Below are positions 27,793-36,800 of a stretch of 64,000 nt of DNA, piece after piece (positions within the stretch are counted from its first letter, which is position 1; every line of letters begins with the position of its first letter). The position numbers and the translations under genes are program-made. The stretch comes from Candidatus Gastranaerophilaceae bacterium (lineage in GTDB: Bacteria > Cyanobacteriota > Vampirovibrionia > Gastranaerophilales > Gastranaerophilaceae), in the NCBI GenBank assembly GCA_045638625.1, contig JAZUBR010000020.1, positions 9,660 through 73,659 on the forward strand, written 5' to 3'. Below the pieces are notes generated by a model, which was not told the origin of the DNA, did no database searches, and worked only from the letters and a program-made list of their open reading frames with translations.

Positions 27793-29157
27793 ATGGCAAA
27801 AATAAAATCAAAATACGTATGTCAACAATGTGGGTATGAATCCGCCGGATATTTAGGCAAATGTCCTGAATGTGGGACTTGGAGCAGTTTTGTAGAAGAA
27901 GTTTCTACCCCAAATAACAAAAAAGCTCTATCAATTATTGACGACACCCCTCCGATGAAAATCGGCGAAATCACAACTAAAAGCGAGACTAGGTTTTCTA
28001 CTGCAATTTCAGAATTTGATAGGGTTCTAGGTGGTGGTATAGTTCAAGGTTCTGTAATCCTACTTGCGGGAGACCCAGGGATTGGCAAATCCACTCTCTT
28101 ATTACAAACAGGCGGGACACTTGCTGAAAATAATAAAAAGGTACTTTATACATCAGCAGAAGAATCTCTTTCCCAAATCAAATTAAGAGCAGAAAGATTA
28201 AAAGTTTCTTCAAGTAATTTGTTAATTTATGCTCAAACACAATTAGAAGCAATCAAAAAACAGATTGAAGAAATTTCGCCAGATTTAGTAATCATCGATA
28301 GTATACAAGCAATTTATTCTCAAGAAGTACAAAGCACTGCTGGAAGTGTAAGTCAGATAAGAGAATGCTGTAACACATTAATAAACATTGCGAAAAGAAA
28401 CGGAATAGCAATCATTGTAATCGGGCACGTCACAAAAGAAGGAAATATTGCAGGCCCAAAGATTCTTGAACACATGGTTGACACCGTTATACAATTTGAA
28501 GGCGATAAATACAAGACTCATCGTATTTTACGCTCAGCAAAAAACCGTTTTGGGAACACCTCTGAAGTAGGAATTTTTGAAATGGAAGAAAACGGGTTAC
28601 GTGAAATTACCAACCCTAGCGAACTTTTCATCAAAGATTCAGAAAATATTCAAGCCCCCGGAAGTGTTACTATTGTTACTAATGAAGGTTCAAGACCAAT
28701 GTTAGTAGAAATTCAAGCTCTTGTTGGAACAACCCCTTATCCAACGCCAAGACGAATCGCAAATGGAGTGGACACAGGTAGAGTTCATCAAATCCTTGCT
28801 GTATTAGAAAAAAGAGTCGGGTTAAACCTTTCAAGACAAGATGTTTATTTAAACGTTATTGGCGGGATGGATATTACAGAAACAGCTGCAGACCTCGGGA
28901 TTGCGCTAGCTATTACAACTTGCGCTAGAGATATTGTTCTAGATAAAGCAACAGCTATTGTTGGTGAAATAGGTCTTTCTGGCGAAATCAGAGCTGTGAG
29001 CAATATTGAAAAGCGAATAGTCGAAGCTCAAAAACTTGGGTATAAAAGAATCCTAATCCCAAATATGAACAATCTCTCTAAAGAAATTAAAGGAATAGAT
29101 ATCATAAAGGTTAAAAATATACTAGAAGCTTTTAATTTTGGTCTTTCAAAGGAATAA
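27793..29157 (+). CDS. radA: DNA repair protein RadA/Sms
   Basis: The protein carries a zinc ribbon (CQQCGYESAGYLGKCPECGTW), Walker A (GDPGIGKST), KNRFG and a Lon-protease-like C-domain. Confidence 0.9.
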   Translation: MAKIKSKYVCQQCGYESAGYLGKCPECGTWSSFVEEVSTPNNKKALSIIDDTPPMKIGEITTKSETRFSTAISEFDRVLGGGIVQGSVILLAGDPGIGKSTLLLQTGGTLAENNKKVLYTSAEESLSQIKLRAERLKVSSSNLLIYAQTQLEAIKKQIEEISPDLVIIDSIQAIYSQEVQSTAGSVSQIRECCNTLINIAKRNGIAIIVIGHVTKEGNIAGPKILEHMVDTVIQFEGDKYKTHRILRSAKNRFGNTSEVGIFEMEENGLREITNPSELFIKDSENIQAPGSVTIVTNEGSRPMLVEIQALVGTTPYPTPRRIANGVDTGRVHQILAVLEKRVGLNLSRQDVYLNVIGGMDITETAADLGIALAITTCARDIVLDKATAIVGEIGLSGEIRAVSNIEKRIVEAQKLGYKRILIPNMNNLSKEIKGIDIIKVKNILEAFNFGLSKE

Positions 29158-29159
29158 AT

Positions 29160-29891
29160 ATGCCGCATTTTTTTATCAACTCAACTCAAATATCAGAAAA
29201 CATAATAACAATCAACGACAAAGAAAACTACAACCACATTGCAAAATCACTAAGAATCCGCATTGGCGAAAAAATTTCTTTTTGCGATGAAACCGAGTTA
29301 ATTTATTGCTGCAAAGTAAATGAAATTACCAAGCAAGAAATAATATCCGAAATCTTAGAAATAAAAAAATCGGAACGAAAATTAGATTTTAATCTATCTA
29401 TTGCACAATCGCCCTTAAGAAGTGATGCACAGATAACATTGATAGAAAAAGCTACTGAACTAGGAGTTAATGAAGTTTTTCCTATCCATACAAAATACTG
29501 CGCTCTTGCAAAACTTACAGCTAACGCCAAAGTCGAAAAATGGCAAAAAACAATGTACGAAGCTTCTAAACAATGTGAAAGAGCAAATATTCCAGTATGC
29601 CACAAACTTACAACAATAGAAGAGCTTCCATTTTATCAATTTGATAAAGTTATTGTATTTGCCGAGCGCTATGACCAAATGAGTCTTAAAGAATTCATTT
29701 CTAACAATCCCATATCAACAGGAGAAAGTATTCTTGCTATAATAGGACCAGAGGGCGGCTTTTCTGATAAAGAATTTGACTGGTTCAAAGAAAAAAACTT
29801 ACCACTAGTGAGCCTTGGCAAACTTATCCTAAAAGCAGAAACTGCCTCTATTACCGGAATAGGGAACCTTATTTATGGATATTCTAAATAA
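29160..29891 (+). CDS. rsmE: 16S rRNA (uracil1498-N3)-methyltransferase RsmE
   Basis: The C-terminal SPOUT knot motifs are AIIGPEGGFSDKE and LGKLILKAETASITGIGNL. Confidence 0.8.
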   Translation: MPHFFINSTQISENIITINDKENYNHIAKSLRIRIGEKISFCDETELIYCCKVNEITKQEIISEILEIKKSERKLDFNLSIAQSPLRSDAQITLIEKATELGVNEVFPIHTKYCALAKLTANAKVEKWQKTMYEASKQCERANIPVCHKLTTIEELPFYQFDKVIVFAERYDQMSLKEFISNNPISTGESILAIIGPEGGFSDKEFDWFKEKNLPLVSLGKLILKAETASITGIGNLIYGYSK

Positions 29892-31263
29892 CGAAATTAT
29901 AAACGCAATAAAAAACACTGGGCGAAAAGTCTACTTAGTTGGTGGAACCGTTCGAGACTATCTACTTAACAGACCTACTTATGATAGAGATATAATCGTC
30001 TTAGATAAAAACGCTAGACACTTCTCTCAAAAACTTGCCCAGACTCTTGATGCAACATTCATCCCACTAGATGAAGAAAATAATATTTACAGACTTGTCC
30101 TAAAAGATAAGCTAAATTATTTAGATATTACTAACCCTATAGAAAACAACTTTGAAAAAGATTTACTTCGAAGAGATTTCACAATTAATGCATTAGCAAT
30201 GGACATCTACACAGGGGAAATCATTGATTCCTGTGGCGGGAAAAGCGATTTAAAAACAGGCGTCATAAGAATGATTTCTGATAAAAATTTTGATGATGAC
30301 CCTCTTAGAATATTAAGAGCTTATAGATTTCAAGCAAATCTTGGTTTTAATATAGAAGACGAAACAATAAAAGCTATCCTATCAAGGAAATGTCGAATAT
30401 TAGAACCCGCAATTGAAAGAATAAACACTGAAGTTTTAAAACTATTTGAAGGTAGATACACGGTTAAAGCACTAATAGGACTTGATAATGCAGGGATTTT
30501 AGAAAAACTTTTCCCTCCAATCACTGATGTAAAAAAAGTCCCTCCAAATAGCCACCACCACCTAGACTTATTACATCATTCTTTAGAAGTTGTTAACCAA
30601 ATTCAACTACTCTATGAAAATAGCAATAATATTATTAAAGAAGAACTAGAAAAGTCTGATTTCGGTGGAGCTTCTCGCTTAGCACACATAAAATTAGTTG
30701 GGTTACTTCACGATATTGGCAAGTTTTCAACTTGGACAATTGAAGAAAATGATAGACATAGATTCATAAAACACGATGATATTGGTGCAAAAATGGCAGA
30801 AAAAATGCTAAAAGAAATGCATTTTTCAAAAAAACAAATTGAATATATCTCGAAGCAAATCAAGCTTCACATATATCCATCAAGTGTTATCCAAGCCCCA
30901 AACCTATCTGAAAAACACTATATGCGCTATATCAGAAAAATGGAAGGTGCTATCATTGATAATATTTTACTTGCTAAAGCAGATAGATTAGCTGCTCAAG
31001 GTAAAGATATCACACCAGAAATTCTGGAAACCAACCTATCTGGACTAGATAAAATGCTAAATTACTATCTAGAAATAAAAGATTCTTTAAAACCTTTACC
31101 TAAACTCATTGATGGAAACGAAATTATAAAAATACTAGACATCAAACCTTCTCCAATCTTAGGACAAATTATCGACGCCCTGCACGAAGCACAAATTTCA
31201 GGTGATATTGAAACTAGAGAAGACGCTATTGTTTTTATAAAAAGCTTTTATAAAAACTTATAA
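29875..31263 (+). CDS. cca: CCA tRNA nucleotidyltransferase/poly(A) polymerase family protein with an HD domain
   Basis: The head domain carries YLVGGTVRDYLL and RRDFTINALAM. The HD domain carries HHHLDLLHHSLEV...LLHDIGK. Confidence 0.75.
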   Translation: MDILNNEIINAIKNTGRKVYLVGGTVRDYLLNRPTYDRDIIVLDKNARHFSQKLAQTLDATFIPLDEENNIYRLVLKDKLNYLDITNPIENNFEKDLLRRDFTINALAMDIYTGEIIDSCGGKSDLKTGVIRMISDKNFDDDPLRILRAYRFQANLGFNIEDETIKAILSRKCRILEPAIERINTEVLKLFEGRYTVKALIGLDNAGILEKLFPPITDVKKVPPNSHHHLDLLHHSLEVVNQIQLLYENSNNIIKEELEKSDFGGASRLAHIKLVGLLHDIGKFSTWTIEENDRHRFIKHDDIGAKMAEKMLKEMHFSKKQIEYISKQIKLHIYPSSVIQAPNLSEKHYMRYIRKMEGAIIDNILLAKADRLAAQGKDITPEILETNLSGLDKMLNYYLEIKDSLKPLPKLIDGNEIIKILDIKPSPILGQIIDALHEAQISGDIETREDAIVFIKSFYKNL

Positions 31264-31340
31264 AAATTCCATGATTTGGATGATAAAAATTTTCTCTTTT
31301 ATTGCTAGAATCAGAAAGAAGATTTGAAAGGGAGATTTTT

Positions 31341-32660
31341 ATGACCATTTGTTCAAAATGCGGAAAAGAACTAGATTCACATTCTTTCCAAGGTATTCAG
31401 TTTGAAATTTGTACAGCTTGCGGGGCAATTGCTCTTAACCAAGCAAATATAGAAGAAATTAGCAAAAGAATAGAATTAAAAAAAGATATAATAAACTTAT
31501 TTAATTTGCCTGCTGTTAATGTAGAAGAAGCAGGTAGAAATTGTTGCAAATGTTCTAACAAAATGGACAAAGTCTACCACGAAGGCGTTCTTCTAGATAG
31601 ATGTAAAGATTGTGGCTTAATATTTTTCGATAATGGAGAACTTTCAAGATTCTTTAACTTGTTCTCAAGATACAATCTTGATATCGTAAGCAATGCTCAA
31701 TTTTTAAAGAAATTCTGTACACAAAAACAAACTCAAATACAAAAACCGGAATTACGTCAACATTATGAACCAACAGCGCTAAAAATCGTAAACAAAGAAG
31801 TTGAATACGAAGCAAATTCTACTAGTGGCTGGGCAGTATTAGCGTTAATGATAATCGGAGCAATGATAGCATTAGTTTGCTTATTTACACCATTTACTGC
31901 TATTCTTTCAGGTTTTATGTTCTTAATAGGCCTGTTCTGCTTAGGTGGATTCAAAATTGTAAAACCACAAGAAGCTTATGTTTTAGTATTATTTGGTAAA
32001 TACGTCGGAACATTAAAGAGAACTGGTTTCCACTGGGTAAACCCATTCTCACAACCTTATGCAGGAAACAGTTTCGGAGCAGTTTCTCTTAAGGCAAGAA
32101 CCTTGGATAACGGCAAACAAAAAATCAATGATGCGCAAGGTAACCCTATAGATGTTGGTATCATTGTTGTATGGGAAGTTAAAGATACAGCTAAAGCAAT
32201 CTTTAATGTAGAAGATTATCCTCGTTTCTTATCAGCACAAGCAGATTGCGCTTTAAGAAACATTGTTAGAATGTATCCTTACGATGCACCTGATGAAGCT
32301 AATGTACAATCATTAAGAGGTGATAGTGCAGAAATCTCAGACAAATTAAAAACAGAAATTCAAAAAAGTGTGACTGCAGCAGGTATCAATGTTATTGATG
32401 CAAGGATTACTCACCTAGCATATTCGACTGAGATTGCAGTTGCGATGTTACAAAGACAACAAGCACACGCAGTTATTGATGCAAAAAGAGCAATCGTTGA
32501 CGGGGCTGTTGGAATGGTAGAAATGGCATTAGATAAATTATCCCAAAACGAACATATTCATCTTGATGAAGCGACTAAAGCAAGTATGGTTAACAATTTA
32601 TTGGTAGTATTATGCGCTAACAAAGATAGCCAGCCTGTTATTAGCAACAATATTCATTAA
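31341..32660 (+). CDS. Double zinc-ribbon plus SPFH (band-7/stomatin-like) domain membrane protein
   Basis: The start was set at MTICSKCG because AGGGAG lies upstream. There are two CxxC...C ribbons (CSKCGKE...CTACG and CCKCSNK...CKDCG), then two TM helices. An SPFH core follows (FKIVKPQEAYVLVLFGKYVGTLKRTGFHWVNPF). Confidence 0.7.
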   Translation: MTICSKCGKELDSHSFQGIQFEICTACGAIALNQANIEEISKRIELKKDIINLFNLPAVNVEEAGRNCCKCSNKMDKVYHEGVLLDRCKDCGLIFFDNGELSRFFNLFSRYNLDIVSNAQFLKKFCTQKQTQIQKPELRQHYEPTALKIVNKEVEYEANSTSGWAVLALMIIGAMIALVCLFTPFTAILSGFMFLIGLFCLGGFKIVKPQEAYVLVLFGKYVGTLKRTGFHWVNPFSQPYAGNSFGAVSLKARTLDNGKQKINDAQGNPIDVGIIVVWEVKDTAKAIFNVEDYPRFLSAQADCALRNIVRMYPYDAPDEANVQSLRGDSAEISDKLKTEIQKSVTAAGINVIDARITHLAYSTEIAVAMLQRQQAHAVIDAKRAIVDGAVGMVEMALDKLSQNEHIHLDEATKASMVNNLLVVLCANKDSQPVISNNIH

Positions 32661-32685
32661 GAACCCTATATCCCAATCAACAACA

Positions 32686-32722
32686 AAACCGCAAGAATCA
32701 ATTTGACTCTTGCGGTTTTAGT
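32686..32722. terminator. Bidirectional terminator hairpin between convergent genes
   Basis: The 10-bp stem AAACCGCAAG/CTTGCGGTTT has a 13-nt loop. TTTTGTTGTTG follows on the minus strand and tagttttc on the plus strand. Confidence 0.65.
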
Positions 32723-32740
32723 TTTCTAAAGAATTAGATA

Positions 32741-33700
32741 TTAGTCATCAGCGTGACCAGCTGTTCCTAATACGTCTTTCATTTTGTGCATAACCATTTC
32801 TTTAACAGCTTGTCTGCCTGGTCCCATATATTCACGTGGGTCGAATTTTTCTGGGTGTTCTACAAAGAATTCTCTGATTGTAGAAGTCATAGCTAATCTC
32901 AAGTCTGTATCAATGTTAATCTTAGCAACACCGTGTTTAGAAGCGTATGCAAGCATTTCTTCTGGAACACCTTGTGCATCAGGTAAGTTACCACCGAATT
33001 GGTTACACTTAGCAACGAATTCTTTTGGAACAGAAGATGAACCGTGAAGAACGATTGGGTAATCACCGAAACCCGCTTCTTTAAGAGCATCTTTGATTTC
33101 TTTCAATCTTTCGAAGTCTAATTTAGCTTCACCTTTGAATTTGTAAGCACCGTGAGAAGTACCGATAGCGATTGCTAAAGAGTCACAACCTGTTCTCTTA
33201 ACAAATTCAACTGCTTCTTGAACGTTAGTGTATTTAGCATCTTTTGCATCAACTTTAACGTCATCTTCAACACCAGCAAGTTTACCAAGTTCAGCTTCAA
33301 CTGAAACTCCTCTTTCGTGTGCGTATTCAACAACTTTTTTAGTTAATTCAACGTTTTCTTCGAATGGGAATCTAGAACCGTCAATCATTACAGATGAGAA
33401 ACCACCATCGATACAAGCTTTACAAATTTCGAAATCTGCACCGTGGTCTAAGTGTAATGCGATAGGTACTGTTGTAGTAGCTAAAGCAGCTTCAACCAAC
33501 TTGATTAGGTAAGTTTGGTTAGCATATTTTCTTGCACCAGCAGAAACTTGAAGAATGATTGGTGATCTTGTTTCTTCAGCAGCTTCAGCGATAGCTTGCA
33601 AGATTTCCATATTGTTAACGTTGTAAGCACCAATAGCGTATCCGCCTTCTAATGCTTTTTTGAACATTTCGTTTGTTCCTACGAGTTTTCTTTCGCTCAT
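32741..33700 (-). CDS. fba: Class II fructose-bisphosphate aldolase
   Basis: The protein carries LHLDHGADFEICKACIDGGFSSVMIDGS and GTSHGAYKF, and ends ...LGTAGHADD. An AGGAG RBS is present. Confidence 0.9.
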   Translation of the reverse strand: MSERKLVGTNEMFKKALEGGYAIGAYNVNNMEILQAIAEAAEETRSPIILQVSAGARKYANQTYLIKLVEAALATTTVPIALHLDHGADFEICKACIDGGFSSVMIDGSRFPFEENVELTKKVVEYAHERGVSVEAELGKLAGVEDDVKVDAKDAKYTNVQEAVEFVKRTGCDSLAIAIGTSHGAYKFKGEAKLDFERLKEIKDALKEAGFGDYPIVLHGSSSVPKEFVAKCNQFGGNLPDAQGVPEEMLAYASKHGVAKINIDTDLRLAMTSTIREFFVEHPEKFDPREYMGPGRQAVKEMVMHKMKDVLGTAGHADD

Positions 33701-33850
33701 TTTGAGTCTCCTTCTAAAAAATTAAAACCGTACATGCTCTAAACTACATCAAACACACTAGGAAAACAAGCAGGTTTTATTAAAAGGAGCCTTTCGTAAA
33801 TAATAAAAGCCTAAAATTAAGATTAATTTTTAAAATTTATTTCAATATAT

Positions 33851-36800
33851 TTAATCTCCAAAAATTACAAAAGGTATATCATGTTCTAACGCATAGCGCC
33901 TCAAAAATTCAGTTCTTTCTGATACAGATTTGGCAGGAGCATTACCAAAACTGTGATGTTCATTAGAATTAATTGTAGTTCTACTTAAGAATTCTATAGG
34001 ATTTTCAATCCGTTCGGTATAGTCTATACTATATGCAAAAACTGCCATTGGTGGTTGTGGGTTAGAGCCATACATCTCATTATATTCTCTATTACCCTTT
34101 CTAACATTTGAGTTTATGGTAGCTAGTGCTTTAATAATAGCTTCTCTTATTTCTACTGGATATATCTCAGAAAAAGATTTATTTTTATTTTCTCCTACAA
34201 ACCGAACATATTGTTCATCATCCATGCCAGTAGCTTCTTTAATTAAGTTTGATACATAAACACGCTCCGATTCTCTTTCGCCGCCAAAAATATAATTTGA
34301 TTTAAATTCTTCAATATTCTTACGACGACCCGAGCCAGAATCTGTGTTACCGCCACCATGGATATAGGTTGTATCGAAATTTAGCAATACACCTTGTGGT
34401 CTAAAGAATCTATATTTGCTTTCTGGGCGTTCTGCGTAACTTACTGATAATAATGCATCATTATCAACTAATGAAAAGGCATCAAACTTTGTCAGTTGAT
34501 ATTCATAATCAAGTGCGTGAGCAAAAAATTTTATATTACCAGTGTCGACATCACATTCCTCCCCTGCCTCGTTGACACCTTTTGCACTAATACCGTGCGA
34601 ACAAGTACCCTTAGAAAATCCAATCAATTCCCAATCCTCTACTTCATTAAACTTTATTATTACCATACCATTTGAATCTACATAAACACCTTTTAAGTTA
34701 GTGGTTCCATCTGGTTTAATATCCATTATCGCTTGCTTAATTCTGCTCATTGTCGGAATTTGTGTCACAGGTAAAATAGGTTTTGATTTTTGCAATTCTT
34801 GTACATAATCTTTTATTCTTTGAGCATATACTTCTGCAGAATCCCCAAAGCTACGTCTTACTCCTTCTATAGTAATTCGATTACTACCATCCATTGTATC
34901 GCGAAAACTATCATCAGTTTTCACAGCTCTTAAATCAGCATTAGCAAACATTAATGCCATATCAAAAAGATTTTCGTGCTGTAGATCAAATGCTACGGAT
35001 TGTAAACGTTTAGTAAGCACCTCTTCATTTTTAGAAGTGTTTACATATTCTAGCCACTCATGATGTTTGATGAGCGTATATAACTTAAGTTCCTGCTCTC
35101 TTGGCAAATTAAATTTCTTCGCAATAAAGAAACTGTCAAAACTACTTTCATTAGCATGCGTTTTATCATCAGAACCTTCTCTTTTTGTCACATCATGTAA
35201 AAGAGAGGCTAATAACATAATTTTTTTATCATCATCATTTAATTTCTCAAATTTTGGATCTTGTGCTATTTTTTGCATTACTTTTAATGAATGTTGTAAA
35301 ACATCATAGCTATGGGTACGATGTTGTGGCTTTCCTAATTGAACTCTTAATTCTGGGAGCACATCAACTATTTCATTTAAAATGCGTTCCACTTCTGGGT
35401 TATTACACTTCACCTTGTTGTTTTCTGAAAACTTAATTACATCAGGACGAAGTAGTTCAACAACTTCTTTTGTTTTTAAATTAGTAATCTGTGCTAGTTT
35501 TTTACCATTGTTTAAGTTTACAGGATAGCCCGTAATTGTATAACCTGTAGGATTTTTCTTACTGTGATGTAATTCAAAGCCAAAATAGTCATATACTTTT
35601 TGACGTTCTTTAGAAGAGAGCTCTTTGGTTTTCTCTAAAACAAGCTTTATAAAATCATTTTTAGACATTTCTTGAGTTATGTTGAGATTTGCAAAATCAT
35701 TATCCGATAGTTTTGCAAGACAGGTCGCAGCCTCACTTACTGATTTGTTAAAGTTATTTACTTCATCTGGCTTTAAGGTATTTGTTTCAATACCAAGAGA
35801 ACGTACTATTAATGGTAATAAGGTACAGTATTCATCTTTATTAGTAGGAATTAATGGAAAAGCCTCTTTTATTCTATCCGTTGTTTTAAACAAGCCTTCA
35901 TTACATTTTACTAGACGTCGTAACAGTTCTTTTTTACCCGCTTGCGGAATTTCATTAATATTTTTAACATGATAAATGTCAACCATTTGACACGCTAATA
36001 AGAATTCTTCATTTGCAAGTTTCTTCACATTATCTTTACCCATCTTCTTAATGAGTTTTTTCGTATCTAAATAGTTTATACTATTGGAGTTGGCAATTAA
36101 AGTATTTAGCTTTTCTATTGGAATTTCCAATTTAGAGTATTCTTCACAAAGCTTTTCAGCAAATGAAATATTATCTTTTGTCGTTACCATGAGAATAGTC
36201 GCTATCTCTTCTGGGGGAAACGCCTTATCAGCATATAGTTTTTCAGCAAGCGCAAGATTATTTTCATTTGTTTCCCAAAGAATGCTTGAGATATGTTCTT
36301 TGGGAAATTCTTTGTCAGTACAAAGTTTTTTAGCAAACGAAAGATTAATTGAACCTGCTCCCCAAAGAATGCTTGAGATATGTTCTTTTGGGAAATCTTT
36401 GTCAGCACAAAGAGCTTCTGCTAGAGGTAATTTTTCTTTACTAACTCTGCGCAGGATATCCCTTATATATTCTTTGGGGAATTCTTTATCTGCACAAAGT
36501 GCTTCCGCTAGAGGTAATTTTTCTTTATTAACACTGTATAAGATATCTCCTATATGTTCTTTTGGGAAATCCTTGTCTGTAAAAAGCCTTTCAGCAAATT
36601 CTAAATTGACATTATGTAACTCTACAACCAATGAAAATAAATCTTTACTCAAGAAATCTTTGTTTGAATAAAGAAGGAGGTTTTCAATAAAAGAAATTTC
36701 TTTTTCTTTGTACCCGCGGGTATCAATTATATGCAGAATCCGCATACATTCTCCTACATCAATTTCTTGGTGTATACAAAGCTTTTCTGCAATTTTATTA

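Noticed and set aside
36084-36671. A 195-aa plus-strand ORF and a 68-aa minus ORF inside the repeat region. A CRISPR-like periodicity was also considered.
   Set aside because: The periodicity comes from ~96-bp imperfect coding repeats inside the 1804-aa gene. The units abut with no unique spacers and are in frame with the giant ORF, so it is not a CRISPR array. The plus-frame ORF is a repeat-driven artefact.
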